Assembly (NCBI GenBank): GCA_963711565.1
Contig: CAVQEQ010000001.1
Span: 512,001-576,000, forward strand
Reading direction: 5' to 3'
DNA from: an uncultured delta proteobacterium
Lineage (GTDB): Bacteria > Desulfobacterota > Binatia > Binatales > Binataceae
Length of the DNA: 64,000 nt
The notes under the pieces were generated by a model. The model saw only the letters and a program-made list of their open reading frames with translations. It was not told where the DNA came from and did no database searches. The position numbers and the translations under genes were made by a program. Of the stretch, positions 9,550 through 19,385 are shown in pieces; within the stretch, counting starts at the first letter, position 1, and each line of letters begins with the position of its first letter.

Positions 9550-9984
9550 TCAAATCGTCTGTGACAGCTCCACCGTCACGCCCTCCGGTCCTTCGACGAA
9601 CACCAGCTTGCGCGCGCGAAAGTCCATCACGTCGTTTCGCGTCCGGTACCCGCTCGCCCTCAGCCTCGCGACCTCGGCCTCAATGTCGTCAACCGCAAAG
9701 CAGATGTGGTTCATGCCGAGCTTGCTCAGATTGCGGATAAGCGGATCAGGAACAGGCTCAGGATGCCGATAGTGCAGCAGTTGGATCTCGGTTCGCGGCG
9801 ACACGTTCGGCAGGAACAGCGTGATATGGTCGGCCTCGATACCCTCGACGCCCATGTAGCCGACGAACGGCTCTCCCCGGATCACGACGGAACTCGCCTC
9901 GATGAACCCGAGGGTTGCGAAGAACGCCTTAGCGCTATCGACATCGCGCACGACGATCGTCAGATGGTCAAAATTTTTCACCAT
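9550..9984 (-). CDS. VOC/glyoxalase family protein
   Basis: DHLTIVVRD, GMNHICFAVDDIE, FVEGPEGVTVEL. Confidence 0.88.
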   Translation of the reverse strand: MVKNFDHLTIVVRDVDSAKAFFATLGFIEASSVVIRGEPFVGYMGVEGIEADHITLFLPNVSPRTEIQLLHYRHPEPVPDPLIRNLSKLGMNHICFAVDDIEAEVARLRASGYRTRNDVMDFRARKLVFVEGPEGVTVELSQTI

Positions 9985-10078
9985 TTCCGGATCTCCTGTC
10001 GTCTAGACCGAACCCGTCGGTTGGAAAATCATTGCTGAACTTCCACCCTGAGACGATAGTCTGGTAAGCGAGTAATCT

Positions 10079-11149
10079 ATGACTTCAAATCTCTACACCG
10101 ACCCCGCGCTCGCGAGCGCGCTCGAGCGAGGCGACACTCTTCCCGCCCGGTGGTACGTCGATAGTCAAATATTGGACTATGAGAAAGACCGTATTTTCCA
10201 TCGCACCTGGCAGTACGTCGGACATACCGGACAGGTGTCGACCGCCGGCGATTTCTTCACAACCAATCTCGGCGATCTGCCGGTCGTTGTCGTTCGAGAC
10301 ACCGGCGGAGCGATTCGCGCGTTCGCCAACGTATGCCGTCATCGCGGGAGCGAGGTCGTCCTCGAATGCGCCGGCAATCGCAAGACGCTGCAGTGCCACT
10401 ATCACGGATGGACCTACAACCTCGACGGCACGCTCCGCACCGCGCCGCGCGAAAATGAGCAGGACACATTCGCGAAGGAGACGCTCGCGCTCGCGCCGTT
10501 CGCGGTCGAGACCTGGGGACCGCTGATTTTCGTCAACCCTGCTCCGACCGCCGGTCCGTTGCGCGACGTGCTCGGCGAATTGCCGGCGATCTTCGAGCGC
10601 GCGGGAATCAATTTCACGCGGATGCGGATGCTGCGGCGCGACGTTTATGAAATTGCCTCGAACTGGAAAATCGTCGTCGAGAATTTCAACGAATGCTACC
10701 ACTGTCCGATCGCGCATCCGAAATTCTCAGAAGTGATCGACACCAACGCTTACCGCGTCGACACCGATCACGAATATTTCTCGACCTACTACGGTCCGAT
10801 CCTCGGATCGCCCGGCAATGGGGTCAACTACGCCACGCTGTGGCCGAACGTGTTGTTCTCGCTCTACGGCAATCCACCGAACCTCCAGGCGATCTCCGTC
10901 GTGCCGATCGATGCGGGACATACTCGGCAAGTCGTTAACTACTTCTTCGCCGCCGATGCGAGCGAAGCGCAGATCCGTAACGATGTGGAATTCAGCGACC
11001 TCGTCACACGGGAAGACATCGTGTTGTGCGAATCCGTGCAGCGCGGCCTGCGCTCAGGCGCAATCGAACACGGCAAGCTGATGCTGTCGCGCGAACGCGG
11101 CATCCAGCACTTCCAGAAACTCGTCTACCGCTTCCTGAGCGCCGAGTGA
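10079..11149 (+). CDS. Rieske non-heme iron oxygenase alpha subunit (choline monooxygenase/CntA-like)
   Basis: Rieske CRHRG...CHYHGW; NWKIVVENFNECYHCPIAHP; ED..LCESVQRGL. Confidence 0.92.
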   Translation: MTSNLYTDPALASALERGDTLPARWYVDSQILDYEKDRIFHRTWQYVGHTGQVSTAGDFFTTNLGDLPVVVVRDTGGAIRAFANVCRHRGSEVVLECAGNRKTLQCHYHGWTYNLDGTLRTAPRENEQDTFAKETLALAPFAVETWGPLIFVNPAPTAGPLRDVLGELPAIFERAGINFTRMRMLRRDVYEIASNWKIVVENFNECYHCPIAHPKFSEVIDTNAYRVDTDHEYFSTYYGPILGSPGNGVNYATLWPNVLFSLYGNPPNLQAISVVPIDAGHTRQVVNYFFAADASEAQIRNDVEFSDLVTREDIVLCESVQRGLRSGAIEHGKLMLSRERGIQHFQKLVYRFLSAE

Positions 11150-11165
11150 CCGTCAGCTCGGTCGA

Positions 11166-11966
11166 ATGAGCCGCCCCGGCGCAGAATTGAAGTTCGCGGA
11201 GATCGAAGCACGGCTCGGCGGTCGTCTGGGTGTCGCCGCCCTTGATACTGGCAGCGGCAAACAATTGTCCTATCGCAGGGACGAACGATTCGCGATGTGC
11301 TCAACTTTCAAATCGCTACTGGTAGCTAATGTACTGAGTCATGTTGAGAAAGGATGGCTGTCTCTGGATCAGCGCGTTCCGTATTCTATCGCCGATCTGA
11401 TCGAGCATTCTCCGTTCATGCGGGATCACCTTGCCGAAGGAAGTGTGCCGGTTGCCGATCTCTGTGGCGCAACCATAGAAATCAGCGACAATACGGCGGC
11501 GAACCTCCTGCTGAGTCTGATTGGCGGACCTCCGGGCCTAACCGATTATCTGCGTAGGTTGGGCGATCCTATAACCCGGCTGGACCGCACCGAATTGAGC
11601 CTCAATAGCAACATTCGGGGAGATGATCGCGATACGACAACACCCGATGCGATGATCAGGACCATGAGCAAGATCCTTGTCGGCGATGTCTTATCGCCGG
11701 GTGCGCGTACCCGGCTCGTAAATTGGATGAAGAATTGCCGGACGGGATTTAGTCGCCTTCGCGCCGGGCTGCCACAGGATTGGATCGTAGGCGATAAAAC
11801 CGGAACCGGCAGCAACGGGGCCGCCAACGATACCGCGATCCTTTGGCCTCCCGGGCGTGCACCAATCATGGTCGCGGCCTATTTGAGCGAATCCGCCAAT
11901 CCACCCGAAGATCTCAACGCAGCACACGCGAAAATCGGCAGCATCGTCGCTGCCGTTTTCGCGTGA
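11166..11966 (+). CDS. bla: Class A serine beta-lactamase (no signal peptide)
   Basis: S70xxK (CSTFK), SDN, omega loop E166xxLN, KTG. Confidence 0.9.
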   Translation: MSRPGAELKFAEIEARLGGRLGVAALDTGSGKQLSYRRDERFAMCSTFKSLLVANVLSHVEKGWLSLDQRVPYSIADLIEHSPFMRDHLAEGSVPVADLCGATIEISDNTAANLLLSLIGGPPGLTDYLRRLGDPITRLDRTELSLNSNIRGDDRDTTTPDAMIRTMSKILVGDVLSPGARTRLVNWMKNCRTGFSRLRAGLPQDWIVGDKTGTGSNGAANDTAILWPPGRAPIMVAAYLSESANPPEDLNAAHAKIGSIVAAVFA

Positions 11967-11983
11967 TCAGCTCAAGAAATCCG

Positions 11984-13224
11984 CTATGCGCCGAACTGTT
12001 TGCGGACGGCTGCGAATGCATCCTCTGTGACGTTCAGGGTCTGCTCGATGTCGCGATCGGTGTGCGCGGCCGAGATGAACCAGTTGTGGCGCGGCGCGAA
12101 ATAGACACCGCTGCGAGAGCATGCGCCCGCGAAAACCTTCGCGCGATCGAAATGCCCGGCGTCGGCCTTGAACGTCATGTACGGAATCGCCGGCGGCCCC
12201 GAGTACGTCACCTCGATTCCGGCGCTGCGCGCTTGCACGAGCAGTCCTGCGCGCAGCTTCTCGCCGCTCGCGCGCATCCGCTCTATTCCGCCGCTCGCCT
12301 GTAGCTCCTTGAGGTTCGCCAGGCTCGCCGCCATCGGCACGGCGCTGGTGAAGTACGATCCCGTGAAGAATACTTCCTGCGCCGCCTGTTTCAGGCTGTC
12401 GCGCCCAAGACACGCGGCGAGCGGATAGCCGTTGGCGATAGCCTTGCAGTAGGTCGTCAGGTCCGGGCGCACTCCGAACAACTCGCCCGAGCCGCCCATG
12501 TGCAGGCGGAAGCCCGCGCGCACGTCGTCGAGGATGAGCACGACGCCGTTGTCGTCGCAGACTTTGCGCACGCCCGACAGGAATCCTTCGACCGGCAGTT
12601 CCGAGTCATGCCCCGCGTCGTGCTTGAACGGCGAGATGATCACGCCTGCGATCTTGCCGCTGTTCTCCTCGACCGTGCGGCGGAGGCTCTCGAGATCGTT
12701 GAATCGAAAATAAACCACGTTCGCGCGATCTTCCGGCATCACTCCGCTGGGCGCCGGACTGCACCACGCATGGGTGCCGTGATACGCGCCCGAGCACATC
12801 GCGATCTTTGGGCGCCCCGTCGCATGGCGCGCGACTTCAGTCGCCCACGTGCACACGTCGGAACCGTTTTTCGCGAACACCGTCCAGTCGGCGCACGGCG
12901 TGATGGACACAAGATGCTCCGCGAGCTCGACCCATACCGGCCCCGGCGCGTTGAAGCAGTTGCCAAGATCCATCTGACGCCGCGCCGCTTCCTCGACCTT
13001 GGGATGCCGATGGCCGAGCACGATCGGGCCGTACGAGCACATGTAGTCGATGTACTCGTTGCCATCAACGTCCCAGATGTGCGAGCCCTCGCCGCGCGCG
13101 AAGAACGACGGGTAGGCGCCCTGGTGAGGACCAGCGGCGTCTGATGTCCGTAGATACCGCCGGGAACAACTTTCTTCGCGCGCTCCATCAGCGCGTCACT
13201 ATGCTCAAATGTGTAGGGTTTCAC
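11984..13224 (-). CDS. Class III aminotransferase (GSA-aminomutase-like), frameshifted near 13120
   Basis: N-part VKPYTFEHSDALMERAKKVVPGGIYGHQ (AGGAG RBS, GTG 13224) joins in another frame to GAYPSFFARGEGSHIWDVDGNEYIDYMCSYGP. Also LILDDVRAGFR and KAIANGYP. Confidence 0.85.
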
Positions 13225-13336
13225 GGCAACTCCTGTGCGGTGATTACCGCCGCAATGCTGTCCGCGCACGTTGGCGGGCGGACCGTCAGCGAGAATCCTA
13301 TTTGCAGGCGCGAGCGTCAAGTCTGGAAAAGCGAAC

Positions 13337-13364
13337 GGGCCGTGAGTCGTACAACTCACGGCCC
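13337..13364 (-). terminator. Hairpin terminator after the response regulator
   Basis: GGGCCGTGAGT-CGTACA-ACTCACGGCCC perfect stem, followed by GTTCGCTTTT on the minus strand. Confidence 0.6.
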
Positions 13365-13389
13365 GCATCAGTATGCGATCGATCTTGAT

Positions 13390-13872
13390 CTAGTGGCGAT
13401 ACGCCGGGTCGTCCGGCCGCTGCGACAGCGGCAGCGCGCCGACGCGTACCAGCTCGTCGCGCAGTTTGGCGCGCGAGAGCGGCTTGCATAGAACGGCGGA
13501 CGCGCCGAGCTGATAGCTCTCGGCGATATCGCGGTCGTATAGCGAGCTGGTGATCACGAACATCGGCACCGTCGTAAGCGCCTCATTCGACTTCGCCGCC
13601 TGCAACACGGAGAAGCCGCCGTTGTCGGGCAGGCGTAAATCGACCAGGAACAAATCCGGTCGGTCGTGCTCGGTGAACTGCGCAATCATCAGGAGCGCCT
13701 CGTCCGCATTTGAGGCATGCACCAATTCGATATCGTCGCCCAGCACCTGCCTAACCACGGTGAGCGCGATAAAAACGTGGTCCGGATTGTCTTCGACTAG
13801 AAAAATCCTGACCGCCGGACTCAAAATATTGAGTTCTTTGTCTTGCTCTTTTTCCTTATCTTGGTCGCTCAT
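13390..13872 (-). CDS. Single-domain response regulator (Rcp1/CheY-like)
   Basis: FLVEDN, PDLFLVDLRLP (phospho-Asp present), VITSS, KP. Confidence 0.88.
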   Translation of the reverse strand: MSDQDKEKEQDKELNILSPAVRIFLVEDNPDHVFIALTVVRQVLGDDIELVHASNADEALLMIAQFTEHDRPDLFLVDLRLPDNGGFSVLQAAKSNEALTTVPMFVITSSLYDRDIAESYQLGASAVLCKPLSRAKLRDELVRVGALPLSQRPDDPAYRH

Positions 13873-13973
13873 AGTCCCCCATCGCCTGACGAAATCCGGG
13901 CCCTACGGATTTCATAACATGGTTAACCGAAGTTGTCTGAACGAAACCGGGTGAAATCTCCGATCGATTATGA

Positions 13974-13989
13974 TCCAATTGCCGTGCCA
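13974..13989 (-). promoter_or_regulatory. Candidate sigma54 (-24/-12) promoter
   Basis: Minus strand TGGCACGGCAATTGGA: perfect -24 TGGCACG, -12 is TTGG rather than TTGC. About 100 bp upstream of the response regulator. Confidence 0.5.
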
Positions 13990-14293
13990 TTTCCTCGGGG
14001 TCCTGCTCGGAGTCATGGCATGACGAGGAACAATACTCCTACCTGACGTATGATGTTGCGAGGGCGATTGAGACCCTCGATAAGCTGCAAATCCCGGATT
14101 TGGACGTTGAATATAGGTTCCATTCCGCACACGCTCGCGAATTCTCGGCTCAGTCAATGTCCCGCAACGAGTTGCCTGTGGCAATTCTGCTACACCAGTT
14201 GCTGCGACTGTGCCACCCAGAGACATAGTGCTAAAGATGGAGGCTGCAAATTGAGTCGCCGACCCCATCCCGGGGAGGGAAAGGATCGCACCG

Positions 14294-16054
14294 TTGGGAA
14301 TTTTGCCGAACGTCCTCGAATCGAAGTTCTTTAAACATCCGTTACTGCGAAAATACACCGCCCTCGTCAGCGAAGACCTGACGGCAACGTACTCGCGCGA
14401 CATCCAGAAATGGCTGCTCGTCGCGCCTATCATCGGTATCCTGACCGGCCTTATAATCACCGGCATCGCCGTGCTGGTTCTCGATGTGATCTGGGCAGCA
14501 CTACTTCCCTACTACCTTAACCATCATTGGGCAATCGTGGTCGGACTCGTCGCGGGCTTCTTTGTGACCGGCCTGATAATGCAGTTTTGCACGCCCGACC
14601 CCGACGAGCACTCGACCGAGGAGATCGTCCGCTCGTACCACGAGCATCAGGGCGACATCGACATCGGGCCATTCTGGTGGAAGCTGCTCGCCGCAGTGAC
14701 CACCGTCGGCTCAGGCGGCAGCGCTGCGCTCGAAGGGCCGAGCATATACAGCGGCGGCGCGATTGGATCCTGGCTATGGACCAGGCTGCGGCGTTTTGGG
14801 CTCGAGGCGCGCGACCGCCGTATCATGTTGATCAGCGGCGCCGCGGCTGGAATGTCGGCCGTCTTCCGGGCGCCGCTCACCGGCATCGTGTTCGCGCTCG
14901 AGATGCCGTACAAGGACGACCTCGCGCACGAAGCGTTGCTGCCGTCGCTGATCGCGTCGGTGGTCGCTTACGCCACGCTCGTATCTATCGTCGGCGCGCA
15001 GCCACTGTTCGGTTTCGAGGGCAGCACCAGCTTCCGCGCAAGGGACATCTGGTGGTCGGCGCTGCTCGGCGCCGGCATCGGGCTCATCGCGATCGTCTTC
15101 GACATCACGTTTCGCCGCGTGCGCCGATTCTCCATCACCAGCAGGTTACCGCACTGGCTGAAGCTAACGATCGGCGGACTCGGCACCGCGCTATGCGGCC
15201 TCGCGTTCGTGACGATTTACAACGGGCCGCTCATTCCGATCGGTCCCAACTACGAAGCTGTGCGCTACGTACTCGCGCATCCGATTCCGACCGAGGTGCT
15301 GCTCGCGTTCGTCGCGTTGAAACTGCTCGCGACGATTTTCACGCTCGGCTCGGGCGGCGTGAGCGCGATGTTCGTACCGCTGTTGCTCGTCGGCGGCGCA
15401 TTAGGCAACGCCTTCGCGCAATCCGTGGTTCACTCGCCGACGCACGATCTGTACGCGGCAGTCGGGATGGCGGCGTTCATCGCGGCCGGCTACAAAGCTC
15501 CGCTTACGGCCGTGGTCTTTGTCGCGGAAACGACCGGCGGCCATTCCTACATCATCCCGAGCCTGATCGGCGCCGCTGTCGCCTATGCAATTTCAGGAGA
15601 GGCGTCGGTCTCCGGCGACCAGCATCTTCATGAAATGGTCAAACTCGCGGAGCTGTCCGGGATGACAGTGCGCGACGTGATCCAGCGCAGTGTCGTTTCG
15701 GTGCAAGCGACCTCAACGATTCGCGAGTTCGTCGCGAGCGTCGTGGGGCATTGCCGTCACACAATCTTTCCGGTGTACGAAGGCGACAAAGTGGTGGGAA
15801 CGATTTCTGTATCCGATTCCAGCCGAGTCGCCCCGGAGGATTGGGACAAAACCACCGTCGGCGAGTTCGCGGACCGCGACGCAATTCGCGTGATGGAGGA
15901 CTGCGATCTCAGCGAGGCATTGCGATTGCTGGTGCGCGAGCGCGGCTCGCAGATGCTGTTGGTCACGGACAGTGCCGGCGCTTTGCAAGGAATCGTAACC
16001 AAGACCGATATTCTCCGAGCAGTGCGGATGGCGTCAGATACGCCGCTGGGCTGA
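14294..16054 (+). CDS. ClC chloride channel/transporter family protein with C-terminal CBS pair
   Basis: GGSAALEGP, AAAGMSAVFRAPLTGIVFALE, KAPLTAVVFVAETTG. CBS repeats end in GIVTKTDIL. Confidence 0.9.
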   Translation: MGILPNVLESKFFKHPLLRKYTALVSEDLTATYSRDIQKWLLVAPIIGILTGLIITGIAVLVLDVIWAALLPYYLNHHWAIVVGLVAGFFVTGLIMQFCTPDPDEHSTEEIVRSYHEHQGDIDIGPFWWKLLAAVTTVGSGGSAALEGPSIYSGGAIGSWLWTRLRRFGLEARDRRIMLISGAAAGMSAVFRAPLTGIVFALEMPYKDDLAHEALLPSLIASVVAYATLVSIVGAQPLFGFEGSTSFRARDIWWSALLGAGIGLIAIVFDITFRRVRRFSITSRLPHWLKLTIGGLGTALCGLAFVTIYNGPLIPIGPNYEAVRYVLAHPIPTEVLLAFVALKLLATIFTLGSGGVSAMFVPLLLVGGALGNAFAQSVVHSPTHDLYAAVGMAAFIAAGYKAPLTAVVFVAETTGGHSYIIPSLIGAAVAYAISGEASVSGDQHLHEMVKLAELSGMTVRDVIQRSVVSVQATSTIREFVASVVGHCRHTIFPVYEGDKVVGTISVSDSSRVAPEDWDKTTVGEFADRDAIRVMEDCDLSEALRLLVRERGSQMLLVTDSAGALQGIVTKTDILRAVRMASDTPLG

Positions 16055-16062
16055 CGCGCAGT

Positions 16063-17136
16063 TCAAGCCGGCAGACTTACGTCGAGTCCGGTCAGCAGAT
16101 GTACGTGATTGATCAGATTCGCTACGCCGACGGGTGAATTGTAAACGCCATGTGTCATTTTTCCCTGCGCGCGGCTGCGGCCGACACTGAGTAGCTGAAC
16201 GAGGCAATTGAAGACCTGGTAGTAGCGAAGAGCAGCATCGCTGTCCGGCATCGATCGACAGCGATTCGAATGTGTACGCGCGAGGTTGTTCATGAATGCC
16301 CGCATCCCCGGACTCAGTACGGCGGGAACATGAATCGGCACGGTCGCAAGGATGGCCATTGCCGCTCCGTAGTCGAAGGCGGGATCGGCGATCGTCGTTT
16401 TCACCCAGTCGATCACGCCGGTCAAGCGTCCGTGATCGGCAAGAACGTTCAATGGCTGAAAATCGCCGTGACTGATCACAGGATTCTGCGGCGGCGGGCG
16501 ATGTCCGTTGAGCCAGTCAATGACCGGACGAAGTCCGTCGAGGCCAAATTCTTCTACCGCGGCGCGCTGGCTGGCGAAATTAGCATCGAAGGTAAAGTTC
16601 TCGCCGGAGATGCCGGCCCTCTCGATCCGATCGACGAAATCTTTCACCGGCAGAGCCTGCAGACGCGTCTGCGCCTCGTCCCAAAGCCGGATCATCTCGC
16701 GACGAACGCGCGGGATCTGCCGAACCATATTCACTGCCTGCCCGAACCCTTTGATACTCAGGCCTTCAAACTCCGATCCGAGCGGACGTCCGGGCACGCG
16801 TTCCATGATTATGAAGGGACCGCCCAACGCCTCAACGCGCGCTTCGGTGACAAAAACACGTGGCGCGGGATAACCCAGTTCTGCCAACGCGTTCTGCACA
16901 GCAGCCTCGCGTGGTGCGCGTTGCGCATCAACGTTTGCCTGAAAGAGTCGAAGCACGAGCGGACCGGAGAGCGCCTCAGGCGCGTCCTGCAGACTGAAGC
17001 GGAGAATCGTGGCGTCATAGCCGCCGCTCATTCGCGTCGGCGCCTCGGCATAGGCCAAGGCAGGGCGAGCGATCGCGGACCGCAGGTAATCCAGCAAAGC
17101 GCGGACTATGTCTTCGTCGGTCACGGCGCTCGTCAT
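16063..17136 (-). CDS. APH-family phosphotransferase (ACAD10/11-kinase-like)
   Basis: PFIIMERVPG, HGDFQPLNVL, GVIDW, DPAFD. ATG overlaps the upstream stop (ATGA). Confidence 0.88.
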   Translation of the reverse strand: MTSAVTDEDIVRALLDYLRSAIARPALAYAEAPTRMSGGYDATILRFSLQDAPEALSGPLVLRLFQANVDAQRAPREAAVQNALAELGYPAPRVFVTEARVEALGGPFIIMERVPGRPLGSEFEGLSIKGFGQAVNMVRQIPRVRREMIRLWDEAQTRLQALPVKDFVDRIERAGISGENFTFDANFASQRAAVEEFGLDGLRPVIDWLNGHRPPPQNPVISHGDFQPLNVLADHGRLTGVIDWVKTTIADPAFDYGAAMAILATVPIHVPAVLSPGMRAFMNNLARTHSNRCRSMPDSDAALRYYQVFNCLVQLLSVGRSRAQGKMTHGVYNSPVGVANLINHVHLLTGLDVSLPA

Positions 17137-18152
17137 TGAAATTTGGGCATCACGCGGTCCGCGAACAGGCGCATGGCGGCGAGCACGTTCTGATGCCCGC
17201 TGATGCCGCCGATTTCGAACCAGCATACTAATCGTGAGAAACCGAATTGCTGTTTCAGTAGCGCGATTCGATCGACGCAGTATTCGGGGTCGCCGAAAAT
17301 TCCCATGATCGAATCGACGGTGCTGTAGTCGATCGTCCGCAGGCGGTCGCGGACTTTCTGGAATTCGGACTGGGCGCCGGCGGCGAGGCTCTCCGGCTCG
17401 ATGATCTCTGCGACCGCGTTGAAGTAGTTGCGCAGGCTTGGCTCGATCGTCGCCCGCACCTGCGCGCGGTCGCGTCCGACGAACACCATCAACGCCGCCG
17501 CCAGCCAATCGTCAGGACGTTCGTGCCCCGCTGCCCTTAGCGCGTTCTCATAAATCTTGAGCCGCTCGGCGAGCACCGGAATCGGATTCACCGGACCGCC
17601 GGCGAAGATTGGATAGCGATTCGCGCCGGCGAAGGTGAAAGTGTCGGCGCTGTTGGCGGCGAGCCGAATCGGCGGATGGGGCCGCTGGATCGGCTTGGGC
17701 ACCACTTCGACTCCGTCCACGCGCTTCTGCGTCCATGCCGCCTTGATTGATTCGAGTCCGTCCTCGAACAATCGGCGGCTGTCCGACATCTCGACGCCGT
17801 AGCCTCGGTAGTTGAGCGGGAACGCGCCGCGGCCGGCGCCGAACTCGACGCGACCGCCGCTCAGCACGTCGAGCGTCGCGACTTCCTCGGCCAGGCGGAT
17901 CGGATGATGCAGCGGCATCAGGTTGACCGCCATGCCGAGGCGGATGTTGGTCGTGCGCTCGGCGATCGCCGCGAGGAGCATCAGCGGCGTCGGCATCACG
18001 GAGAAGCGCGGCGCGAAATGAACCTCGGCGAGCCAGACGGTGTTGAAGCCGAGCCGGTCAGCCTCCGCGGCTTCCGCGATCAGCTCGCGATAGCGTTCGG
18101 TCGTGATCTGATCGGCGGCTTCGGGAAGTTGGTAGAATATGTCGAACTTCAA
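17133..18152 (-). CDS. LLM class flavin-dependent oxidoreductase
   Basis: VWLAEVHF, HHPIRLAEEVATLDVLSGGRVEFGAGRG, PKPIQRPHPP. TTG start inferred. Confidence 0.9.
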   Translation of the reverse strand: MKFDIFYQLPEAADQITTERYRELIAEAAEADRLGFNTVWLAEVHFAPRFSVMPTPLMLLAAIAERTTNIRLGMAVNLMPLHHPIRLAEEVATLDVLSGGRVEFGAGRGAFPLNYRGYGVEMSDSRRLFEDGLESIKAAWTQKRVDGVEVVPKPIQRPHPPIRLAANSADTFTFAGANRYPIFAGGPVNPIPVLAERLKIYENALRAAGHERPDDWLAAALMVFVGRDRAQVRATIEPSLRNYFNAVAEIIEPESLAAGAQSEFQKVRDRLRTIDYSTVDSIMGIFGDPEYCVDRIALLKQQFGFSRLVCWFEIGGISGHQNVLAAMRLFADRVMPKFQ

Positions 18153-18160
18153 CGACGGCC

Positions 18161-19267
18161 TCAATACGCGCCCAGGGTCGCGACGCGCTCGCGATGGTAC
18201 GACGGCGATCCAAAGTACGACTCGTTGAAGCGCGCGCGTTTGAACCACAGATGCATGTCGTGCTCCCAGGTGAAGCCGATTCCGCCATGCATCAGCACTG
18301 CGCGGTCGGTGCCGCGGCTGTAGATGTCGCACAGGCGCGCCTTCGCCATCGCAGCGATGCGCGACGCGTCCGCCGCGCCGGTGTCGAGGGCGTAAGCGGC
18401 ATACCAAAGCATCGCGCGCGCGGGCTCGAGGTCCGCGACGATTTCGGCGGCCGCATGCTTGAGCGCCTGGAACGATCCGATCGGCTTGCCGAACTGCTCG
18501 CGGACTTTCGAGTAATCGAGCGCCATCTCGAGTGCGCGTTCAGTACCGCCGAGCGAGTCAGCTGCCACTGCGATAGCGGCGACGTCGACCAGCTTCGCGA
18601 AGAGCTGCGATCCGCCGCCGTGAAGCCGCTTGGCCGGAACATTTCGAAGCTCGACGCTCGCAACACGTCGCGTGAGGTCGAGATTCTTCCGCGATCGAAT
18701 CGTCACGCCCGGCGATTTTGTATCGACCACGAACAGGCGAACATCAGAATCGCGTTTGGCGGCGACCACGATGAAGTCGGCGACATCGGCATACGGCACA
18801 AACATCTTGGCGCCATTGAGACGCCATCCCGCATCGCTTTTCATAGCGATCGCGTGAATATCGCGGTCGTCGATGCTCCCGGCGCTCTCAACGACCGCGA
18901 CGGTACCAACTGCTTTGCCCTCCGCGAGCGGGGTGAGCCATTTCGCATTGAGCTGCTCGGAGCCGCCGAGCTTCAGCGCGCCGGCCGCGAGCATCGACGA
19001 GAACAGGAACGGCCCCGGCATCGCCGCGTAGCCGCCCTCTTCGAGAATCATCGCCATGTCGAGCATGCCGAGTCCCGCGCCGCCGAATTTCTCGGGCACG
19101 ATCAGCCCGGTCCATCCGAGCTTCGCGATTTGATCGTAGAGCTCGCGCGGATAGCCGTCGTCGGTGGCCATTACTTTCCGCACGAACGTGGTGGGACATT
19201 CGCCGCTCAGAAATGCGTGCGCGCTTTCCTTGAGCTGCTGTTGTTCTTCGCTGAGTCCGAAATCCAT
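18161..19267 (-). CDS. Acyl-CoA dehydrogenase (FadE27-like partner subunit)
   Basis: MDFGLSEEQ, REQFGKPIGSFQALKH, HGGIGFTWEHDMHLW. Confidence 0.9.
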   Translation of the reverse strand: MDFGLSEEQQQLKESAHAFLSGECPTTFVRKVMATDDGYPRELYDQIAKLGWTGLIVPEKFGGAGLGMLDMAMILEEGGYAAMPGPFLFSSMLAAGALKLGGSEQLNAKWLTPLAEGKAVGTVAVVESAGSIDDRDIHAIAMKSDAGWRLNGAKMFVPYADVADFIVVAAKRDSDVRLFVVDTKSPGVTIRSRKNLDLTRRVASVELRNVPAKRLHGGGSQLFAKLVDVAAIAVAADSLGGTERALEMALDYSKVREQFGKPIGSFQALKHAAAEIVADLEPARAMLWYAAYALDTGAADASRIAAMAKARLCDIYSRGTDRAVLMHGGIGFTWEHDMHLWFKRARFNESYFGSPSYHRERVATLGAY

Positions 19268-19302
19268 CTGCTTCCCTTTGCGAGTTGCTCTTCTTCTCTT
19301 GT

Positions 19303-19360
19303 CACTGGGTGCAGGGGTCACCCCTGCCCAAGGAAGCGTGAAACCCACGGAGGGTTTCAC
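19303..19360. repeat. Dispersed two-hairpin repeat family B
   Basis: CACTGGGTGCAGGGGTCACCCCTGCCCAAGGAAGCGTGAAACCCACGGAGGGTTTCA; inverted near-copy at 21930-21986. Confidence 0.85.
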
Positions 19361-19385
19361 ATCAAATAAAGTGCTTTACTTCCCT

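Noticed and set aside
13115-13125. Programmed ribosomal frameshifting (also at about 20160 and 58540)
   Set aside because: No slippery sequence or stimulator, and these gene families are not known for recoding. Sequencing error is more parsimonious.
14000-14100. Fluoride (crcB) riboswitch upstream of the ClC gene
   Set aside because: GGAGT...ACTCCTAC is present, but the GATGG..TTCGCC core and spacing are not, and the ClC lacks CLC-F motifs.
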